Below, piece after piece: positions 55,042 through 64,000 of a stretch of DNA of 64,000 nucleotides. Position 1 is the first letter of the stretch, and each line of letters opens with the position of its first letter. A program made the position numbers and the translations under genes. The DNA lies in the NCBI RefSeq assembly GCF_006345805.1, contig NC_042997.1, positions 108,748,001 through 108,812,000 on the forward strand, written 5' to 3'. The notes beneath the pieces are model-generated. The model saw nothing but the letters and a program-made list of their open reading frames with translations. It ran no database searches and had not been told where the DNA came from. The DNA is from Octopus sinensis (Eukaryota).

Positions 55042-55240
55042 GATATATGTATATATGACTATATATATATACGCATATATATATACATATACGCATATAT
55101 ACATATATATATACGCATATGTATACATATACGCATACATACATATACGCATATATATACATATACGCATACATACATATATATACGCATATATATATGT
55201 ATAATATGTATATATATATATATATATATTAATATATATA

Positions 55241-55283
<43 letters not shown>

Positions 55284-55294
55284 TATATATATAT

Positions 55295-55325
<31 letters not shown>

Positions 55326-55480
55326 CACACATGTTCTTCCCTGCTGGTTCACACATTCATATAAAGAAACAAGCTGCTTAGATGTGTTAACAAGGAGTTA
55401 CACTTCAGTTGTTGTTTGTAACCAAGTCAAGCGAGCAGACTAAATAAATATGAACATACAGATGCATCTGTATGTATTCA

Positions 55481-55530
<50 letters not shown>

Positions 55531-55783
55531 AGCACACACGCACACACTTATATTCATACATATATATGTATACATCATACACGCTTGCATGCATAGATAC
55601 TTACACCCGCAGACATGATGCTCCTTGACGAAGCGAACAGTACGCCGACGGATACATTGTGGTCTGTGATACGCTATTACTAATTCATTGTCATACAGAA
55701 AACCTGCATACATTTGTGTTGCGGATGTATGCATGTGCGTGTTAATAACCACACACTTTTGATTTCTACAGTACTTGAACAGA

Positions 55784-56174
55784 TTAGCAGAATCGCCCGG
55801 CGTTGCTCGGGTTTGTTTCGACCATTTAGAATTGGAATTTTTGAAAAGTTAAAATTTTGCATTATGTAGCTTGTTATTCTCTTTAAGTGAACATTTTTCT
55901 AGTTGAAATACACCGAAAAAGGGCGACACAGCAGTCAAAATATCGTAAAAAATAGGGATTTTCATAGAAAGAAAAAGCACCTTTTTGATGTAAATAATTT
56001 TTGGTGTTAACATGGTCCAATTTGAATTTTATCTTCTACAGAATGAAGAACAAGCCTTCTATCATACTCTCAATTTTGGTCAACTTGCGCCGCAGGGTCT
56101 CGGAGGAGATAATGTTAGTTGAAGGCTACCAAACCTGCCATACACAGACAACTTCAGCTTTATATATAGAGAGA
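55784..56174 (-). mobile_element. Non-autonomous Helitron (second copy)
   Basis: Reverse complement of 16951-17339; TC...hairpin...CTAA, A|T site. Confidence 0.85.
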
Positions 56175-56529
56175 TTAAATAAATAAATTAAATGTTACTA
56201 AAATTATATTATGATAGACTATACATATCTCTCAACATAGATTGAAAATAATAGAAGATAATTTAAATTAAACTATGCATAGTGGAATTAGCCCCCTTGG
56301 TACTAATCACCTATGAATTCCCATAGTGCTCTGCTATCTTCACTTTCTCTAATCGCCATTTCGAAAGACATCTTGGGCCCATCAAAGGAGGATATGTACC
56401 TGCATTTTTCATGTTATATTTCACACTTAATCAGAAACATTTTTATTCTCATGTATAATTCTATATCTTATATTTTGTATTTGACATTATATACTTGACT
56501 TTATAAGTTTGATATATTCTCTTTTACTC

Positions 56530-56666
56530 TTTTTCTCTTTTACTTGTTTCAGTCATTTGACTGCGGCCATGCTGGAGCACCGCCTTTAATCGAGCAACTC
56601 GACCCCGGGACTTATTCTTTGTAAGCCCAGTACTTATTCTATCGGTCTCTTTTTTGCCGAACCGAA
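56530..56666 (-). mobile_element. SINE family A, 3' fragment
   Basis: Reverse-complement match to the family A tail. Confidence 0.8.
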
Positions 56667-56814
56667 CATTATTTATAATGTATGATTTATAATTTTAAAA
56701 AAATTTTTAATGTTTAATTTAACGCTTAACTTTAAGGTGATGTAAAATTAGATTAACAATATTTTGAAAAAGAACCTGAAAATGTGTTGGTAGAATTGAA
56801 AATCTGATGAGTGC

Positions 56815-56877
<63 letters not shown>

Positions 56878-56927
56878 TAATGATAATAATAATAATCTTC
56901 CAATACTGAAACACGTGTAGTTCCTTC

Positions 56928-56969
<42 letters not shown>

Positions 56970-57064
56970 ATATATATAATATATATATATATATATTCTT
57001 GTGTATGTGTATTTTGTTTCATATTTATATTTGCATTTTTATATTTTTATAATTGTACTTTATA

Positions 57065-57184
57065 ATCTCTGACGAGGCCTTGAGATATATATAACTCATT
57101 TTTAACTGCATATTACCTCAATACATCTGACTAATATAGGCACAATGATATACCTTTATCTACAGGCTGAAACAGCTGCGAGAT
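57065..57184 (+). ncRNA. Hammerhead motif with ~80-nt stem-II insert
   Basis: aucu-CUGACGA-GGCCU...AGGCU-GAAAC-AGCU-GCG-agau; cleavage triplet decayed. Confidence 0.65.
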
Positions 57185-57513
57185 CCATTTTATATGAATT
57201 ATTTTTATGATATTATCTTACTTATTGATGTATATTGTTTTATTCCGTTTTATTCTGTTGGATTTGGATGATCCTATTTAAGTAGCTAATAAATAATATG
57301 AATTGGTATTATCTGTAAGTCGATGATTGAAAGGAATCTGTTCCTCCATTTTCTTATTTGTATTATGATTTTGAGCTAAAATATTTTACCTTCGCCCATC
57401 TAATACAATAAATGAATTTATGTATTTGCCTTTTGGGTACTTCACTAGCAGTATATTGGATAACTGATATCCCATAGTGGGTTACACTCATAACCCCTAT
57501 CTCACTTTATACT

Positions 57514-57551
<38 letters not shown>

Positions 57552-58127
57552 ACACAAATGACTGAAATAAATAAAAGAATATATATATATATATTCTTTT
57601 ATTTATTTCAGTCATTTGACTGCAGCCATGCTGGACCACTGGTGCTATGTAAGATATATATATCTTATAAGTGACAGTCTTATAAAGGACGATGTTACTG
57701 TTGTTTTAGCCCAAGGAAAACATCTTTTCCAGTTGGCTATCGACTCACGATTTGTGTCCGTATAGCATTTGCAAGGGAGGTCATCGGCCATGTGTGTTTG
57801 TGATGAGTGCCCAGCAATCCGTTTCCCTAACCAAAAATCACCTCTGGAAAGAAATGCTTATGTGCGAAACAGAACACATCCTGTCGTACTCTTAGTTATG
57901 GATTCTGCCTGTCTGTCTCTGTATGTCTGACTGTACGTACGTATGTACGCACGCACGCCATGCACGCATGTATGTATGTATGTATGTATGTATGTATGAG
58001 TGTAGGTGTGTATGCATATATATATATATATATGAATTAGTAGAATTAGATACTTAAATGAGCTACCTTACCGGTTAGGTATAGTCTGCATATATATATA
58101 TATATATATATAATATATATATATATA

Positions 58128-58171
<44 letters not shown>

Positions 58172-58191
58172 TGATAGTTTATGGATCTGCT

Positions 58192-58250
58192 GCGGCCTGA
58201 AGATTGCTTGTCTAAACTACACCTCCAATGTATGAAACTATTAATACCTC
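58192..58250 (+). ncRNA. Decayed hammerhead-like motif
   Basis: CUGAAGA-u-UGC...GUA-u-GAAAC; same architecture as 2237, but stems I and III are poor. Confidence 0.4.
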
Positions 58251-58389
58251 GTAACTGCATATTGTGTATATTATACGCTATATATATATATATATATATA
58301 ATATATATATATACAGTAGTAACAGAAAAGAGGAATTTCGGTTGTCCCCACGTAGTGGATTGTAATGTACATAAGAAATTAAAAAAGGA

Positions 58390-58425
<36 letters not shown>

Positions 58426-58427
58426 GT

Positions 58428-59965
58428 AGCCAACCTTCTTGGAAGCGGTAAACTCTATTAAACAGATGTCTTCTGGCAAAGCGCCTGACAGGGATGCTGT
58501 TCCTCCTGAAATCTACAAGCATGATGGACAGAAGCTTTTTTAAGAAACTGCACGGCATCTTCATAAACATTTGAATGGTAAGCTGTGTACCACAGAACTT
58601 CAAGGATGCCTCAATTCAACATTATAAGAACAAAGGAAACAGAACTGTCTGTGATAATCATCGTGGAATAACGCTTTTGTCTATTCTTGGTCGAGTCATT
58701 CTTGACAGGATTATCAAACACGTTGTAAATGATATCTATCCACAATCACAGTGCAGATTTCGCTCTGGAAGTGACACTATTGACATGATCTTTTCTCTCC
58801 GTCTGGTCATGGAGAAGGTATTGGGTCATCCCATAAATAATGCGGTTCTTTCAATTGCATGAACTAAAAATCAGAGAACAAGATGAACTACCTGCATTAA
58901 CATGCTATAAAAGCAAGTAGTAATTTTACCTTGTACCTATTCTTAGTGCAAGTTTTGAAGAGTGCAGTTCGATTTTAGCAGTTGTATTTTCAATGCTACA
59001 ATGGAAGTGGCAAAGGAGCATATTCGGAATATTTTGCTTTATGAGTTCCATAAAGGCAACAACGCAACAGAAAGTGCAAAGAACAGTAATCCAGTAGATG
59101 GGGATCGGACTATAAGCGTAAACAAGTGTCAGTAGATGTTCCAGAAATTCCGAACCGGAAATTACAGCCTAGAATACGATCCTCGTACTGGAAGATCTGT
59201 AGAGTTCGACGAGGATGTCCCGCAAACCCCGGTGGAACAAAATCCCGTCGTAACCGTTGAGGAACTAGCAGAGAGCTTGGATTTGGTCATTCAACCAGTC
59301 ATTCAAGTCAGCGCTAGAAGAAAAACAACCATCTTTGGTTTGAAGACGAAAGGTGTTCTTCCATCAGGATAATGGTAGGCCACATACAGCGAGAATGATA
59401 TTCCAAAGGCTGGAGTAGTTGGAATAGGAAACGATATCTCACCCACCATATTCGCCGAACATTGTCTCATCTGATTATCATCTATTCCGCAGTTTTGAAA
59501 ATCATTTGGACGGAAAAAATATGAATTCTGCAGGCCAGGTCAAAACAGTACCGGAGGAGCATTTTTCATTACGGACAAGTAAATTTTGGAAGAGGGGCCT
59601 TTCAAGTCTACCAGATAGATGGAAGATCCTTGTAGAAAATGGAGGAGAGTATATTTTAGATTAAAAAAGAACTTTGATTATCTTAATTTTGAAAAATAAA
59701 CCAAGTATAAGAAAAACAACATTATTTATGGGATGACCAAAAACGTGAGAAACATCAAGAGTTGTTCTTGATATTCGTTGACCTTACTAAGGCCCGCGAC
59801 ACTGTTAAGCAGCAAGCACTATGGAAAATTCTGAAAAATCTTGGTATATCTGACAAGATATTGAATGTTATCTCCCTTCATGGAGGAATGAAGGCAGCTG
59901 TCGTGTCTTCGGCTTCCTTCGACGTTACAAACGGCGCAAGGCAGGGTCATGTTATAATCCCTGTT
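58428..59965 (+). mobile_element. RTE-clade LINE reverse transcriptase fragment split by a mariner
   Basis: GKAPDRDAVPPEIYK, NHRGITLLS, QCRFRSGSDTIDMIF..EKV | REKHQELFLIFVDLTKARDTV...GARQG. Confidence 0.88.
58821..59741 (+). mobile_element. Internally deleted mariner with both TIRs
   Basis: TA-ttgggtcatcccataaataatg / cattatttatgggatgacc; ATG at 59001 (MEVAKEHIRNILLYEF); HQDNGRPH, HPPYSPNIVSSDYHLF. Confidence 0.92.
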
Positions 59966-60800
59966 TCGTTTCACTGCCGTGTAGCAAAGCGGTTCGCACA
60001 TATGCATCATACAGTCTACTTTTCATCCTGAGCGAGAGGCCTTTAATTGCCAGCAGAGGTAGCAGCTCCCTGAACTTTGCCCAGGCTATTCTTATTCTAG
60101 CCGCTACACTCTGAGCAACCACCCTCACTACAGACTTGGTCGCCAAGGTAGCAGAAACTATTAACTACTCCCCACCCCTGGCATGTGATGGAATCTGTTT
60201 TCTGTACATCTTCAGAGCTTATTGCCCCTGTGCATCTGCCATACACAAAAACTGTTTTCCCGGTTAACCTTCCTTTGATATTGCTGCACCTTCTGTGTCC
60301 ATAGCTTACACCGGGAACATCGTATGGATTTTCTAGCCACGCCTTTTCTACAGATCGATCAGGGTCATCTAACTGAAGGAGTTTGTGATTTGTCAGCCTT
60401 CTTACTTACTAAGACTTTGGTTTTTGCTAGGTTAACTCTAAGGCCCTTCGATTCTAGACCTTTGCTTCCACACCCTAAACTTCGTCTCTAGTTCTGATGG
60501 TGACATCAGCATGGAGGAGCTCCCAGGGGCAGTCTGTCTTGAATTCCTCTGTTATTGCCTGGGGGACTATAATGAATAAGATGGGGCTGAGGACTGATCC
60601 TTAGTGAACCCTACTTCTACTCGGAATTCTTCACAGTACTCGTTGCCAACCCTCACCTTACCGACAGCATCCCTGTACAGTGCTTGTACAGCTCTTACCA
60701 ACCACTCGTCTATCCCCAGTTTCCGCATTGACCACCAGATAAGGGATCGGGGGACCCGGTCAAAGTCTTTCTCCAAGTCAACAAAAGCCAAATATATTTG
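59963..60800 (-). mobile_element. RTE-like LINE RT fragment with an internal Cys-rich finger
   Basis: LAFVDLEKDFDRVPR, GSVLSPILF, WELLHAD, GLRVNLAKTK, FCYLG, RIRIAWAKFREL, HGSET. Confidence 0.88.
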
Positions 60801-60882
60801 TATATGTATATACATATGTATATGTATATGTACATACATATGTATATGTATATACATACATATACATACATATACATACATT

Positions 60883-61280
60883 AGGCGCAGGCAGAACTGA
60901 GTGATAAGAACTTTGTTGTCCAACCATACAGTTCCAGGTTCAATCCCACTGCGTGACACTTTGGGTAAGTGTCTTCTATTATAGCCTCAGATCGACCAAA
61001 GCCGTATCAGTGGATTTGGTATAGGGAGGCTGAAAGAGGCTCGTTGTATATACACTTATATGTGTGTGTGTGATTTTGTATTTATGTTTGTCTGCCATCA
61101 CTGCTTGACAACCGGTGCCGGTTTGTTTTCGTCCCCGTAACTTAGTATTTCGGCAAAAAATGATCGGTGAAATAAACACCAACATAAAAAAAAATATAAG
61201 TACTGGGGTCGATTCATTGGACTAAAAATTCTTGAAAGCGGTGCTCCAGCATGGCCGCACTCTAAAAAAGTAAGTAAAAG
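60883..61280 (+). mobile_element. SINE family A, diverged
   Basis: Co-linear with 12664-13070. Confidence 0.8.
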
Positions 61281-61965
61281 ATCTATCCATATACGGGTTT
61301 TTAACGGTCTGCGACGCCGCCACCCTTCGACGCCACCAAACTACTTCACGCTGCCATCATCCTACTAATAAACGCAAATGATCTCTGACTATACAAAGCA
61401 ATCGAAGCATCTGTTGCAAATTGGAACTCTTCTATCGGAAGGCGGAAAAGGTAGAGAATGCTAATTACCGTTCTATATTGATTTCCGTTTATTTCTATTG
61501 GTTAATCAATGATTCCTTTGTCAGCGTTGTTCAGGAATTCCAGTTTGCTGGCGAGTCGACTTTCATGTATTTTACAAAGGTATTAAGTGATTGGGTTTGT
61601 AGTCGGAAGAAGAGAGAGAGGGAGGAGCGACGAAGAGGGAGAAGGTCAATTGATTCGTTTAATTCTGCTAATAATATCTCTGCCTTTTTTCTATTTACCA
61701 TTCCACTGGTTGTGATTGCTTTGTTTTGCTGTTACCTCTCGCCACAGCGTTTCCGTCATATTCTTTGGATTTCAACGACCCGGATTCAACCAGTAGTTTA
61801 TATAAAAACGCTTAGAAAGCGGTTAATATTATATTATGGATGTTGAGGAAGCTGAAGGTAGCAGAGCAGAACAAATACAGATAGCGGCATAAAAACCTCC
61901 CGTATTTTACACGGCATTTACAGTGGCGCTAGTGTAGTTAGGCAAGTGATGATGGTGTCGCCATC

Positions 61966-62186
61966 TACTCTTTTACTCTTTTACTTGTTTCAGTCATTTG
62001 ACTGCGGCCATGCTGGAGCACCGCCCTTTAGACGAGCAAATCGACCCCAGGACTTATTCATTGTAAACCTAGTACTTATCCCATCGGTCTTTTGCCGAGC
62101 CGCTAAGTTACAGGGGCGTAGAAATACCAGCATCGGTTGTCAAGCGATGATGGGGGTGGGGCAAACACAGACACACAAACACACAA

Positions 62187-62247
<61 letters not shown>

Positions 62248-62425
62248 CACACATACATATATACGACGGGTTTCTTTCAGTTTTCGTCTACCAAATCTAC
62301 TCACAAGGCTTTGGTCGGTCCGGCTATAGTAGAAGACACTTGCCCAAGGTGCTACGCAGTGGGACTGAACCCGAAACCATGTGGTTGGTAAACAAGCTAC
62401 TTACCACACAGCCACTCCTGCGCCT
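61966..62425 (-). mobile_element. SINE family A, full length
   Basis: Reverse complement of family A. Confidence 0.9.
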
Positions 62426-62659
62426 AATAGTTTATGTTTGTCTTTCTTCTTTCTCCGTTTTCGCCAGGATTTACACCCATACATGGTGTATGTTTGTAGC
62501 CGAAAATCTTATCAGTGTGTGAAATGTGGGAGGCATTTTGCCGCACTCTCTATTTAGAGTGGATGACGAAATGATTCGCGGCATTTAGCCATGGTCTGTT
62601 GGTTTGTGAGTTCGAATTCCTGCGAGATCCACTCTGTCTCTGATCCGTCTACTTTTATC

Positions 62660-63068
62660 TTGTATCCTTTACTTGTTTCAGTCATTACACTGCGGCCATA
62701 CTGGGGCACTGCTTTGAGGAATTTTTAGTCGAATGAATCAACCTCGGTACTTATTTTTTAAAGCCGCGTACTTTTGCTATCAGACTCATTTGCCGATTCG
62801 CTAAGTTATGGGGATATAACAACACCGGTTTTCAAGCGGTGGTGGGGACAAATACAGACACAAAGAAACACATACACGCACGTGCGCGCACACATACACA
62901 CACACATACGATGGGCTTCTTTCAGTTTCCGCATATCAAATCCACTCACAAGGTCCGAAGCCCGAGGTTATATTGGAAGACACTTGTCCAAGGTGCCACG
63001 CAGAGTGATTGAAATCGGAACCATGAAGTTGTGAAGCAAACTTCTTATCACACAGCCATGCTTGCGCT
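62660..63068 (-). mobile_element. SINE family A, diverged
   Basis: Reverse complement of family A. Confidence 0.8.
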
Positions 63069-63569
63069 TCATCGATGAAACAGAACACCAGAGTAATACA
63101 GAGATCGATGTAATTGACTATATATCACCCCCCCCCCCTCAAATCATTTGTGGCCTCGTCTCTATGTTAGAAATCAATGTGGTATTATAAATGAGCGTTT
63201 GTAGACAGAGATATCTGTAGCTCTTGTATTTAGTTTTGTCGCTTTACCTCCTGAGTTCCAATTTCACTGATGTTGACTTCGTCTTTTATTCCTTCAGGGT
63301 CAACAAAATAATCACCTATAATCACCTCTAGAATGTCCGACCTCCCCTATGTGTCATAGTAGGTCTTAAGAATGATAACGTGCAAAATGATTTGCTGTAT
63401 TAAGTTTCGTATTTCGGAGTTTCGAGTTCGAATCTTGTCTGGATTAATTCATATTTGATACTTGCAAATCTATTATAGAGATTAATTATTGATTTCGATC
63501 ACCGAACCATCCTGCTGTGTGTGTGTGTGTGTGCGTGTGTATGTATGCATGTGTGTGTTCCATATGTGT

Positions 63570-63800
63570 TGTGAAGCAATGGATCTGTCCCTGGAAAATT
63601 TCCTCTCCAAGATGCAGGCTTGGAGAAGGGTTTGTTTTGAAGAGTAACAATCACTGATGCATGCAAGTGACATCTCTTGATGCTACTGATATTGTGCAAA
63701 GAAACCATGCCTCGAAGACGTTGCCATCATAATTCAAAGATCCGGAGCATATCGCACCAAAAATAGTCCGACCCTCGAATAATTCCATCAATCTCTCGCC
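63570..63800 (-). pseudogene. Possible decayed Tc1-like transposase fragment
   Basis: DG...DYFWCDMLR (compare DGPDGxxYYWHDLR), TLQNK, GEEIFQG. Confidence 0.35.
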
Positions 63801-64000
63801 CTGGGCAGGTAGTTCTGTTCTCAATGGGTTTTGAATTCAGAGTTCAGAAAACTAGACTGTAGAATTCAAAGCATTTTATCCGACCCCTCAACATTTCCCC
63901 CACCATCTCAGTGACAGAAAGTCACGCAATTTGGGAGGGGATGATATTGATTGAAACTTATGTATCGAGTCTGTTGAAGTATGGAATGGATGAAATTTAT

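Overview
AT-rich, microsatellite-saturated eukaryotic non-coding DNA. The SINE families and repeat landscape suggest an octopus (cephalopod) genome; this is recognition by eye, not a database result. I found no intact host protein-coding exon, and most listed ORFs are read-throughs of (CA)n/(TA)n/(CAT)n repeats. The window is a patchwork of decayed mobile elements: several tRNA-derived SINE families, four mariner copies (one full length), RTE/RTEX/L2-group LINE fragments, R4/Dong-type retrotransposon pieces next to (TAA)n and (TACA)n tracts, two non-autonomous Helitrons, MITEs and three Penelope-like (PLE) GIY-YIG remnants. The most notable signal is about 15 type I hammerhead-ribozyme (HHR) motifs, intact or decayed, from several distinct families. 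Many have a palindromic stem/loop III, an extra nucleotide after CUGANGA, or a long stem-II insert. Several sit in short non-coding cassettes bounded by inverted arms, resembling non-autonomous PLE/retrozyme-like elements.
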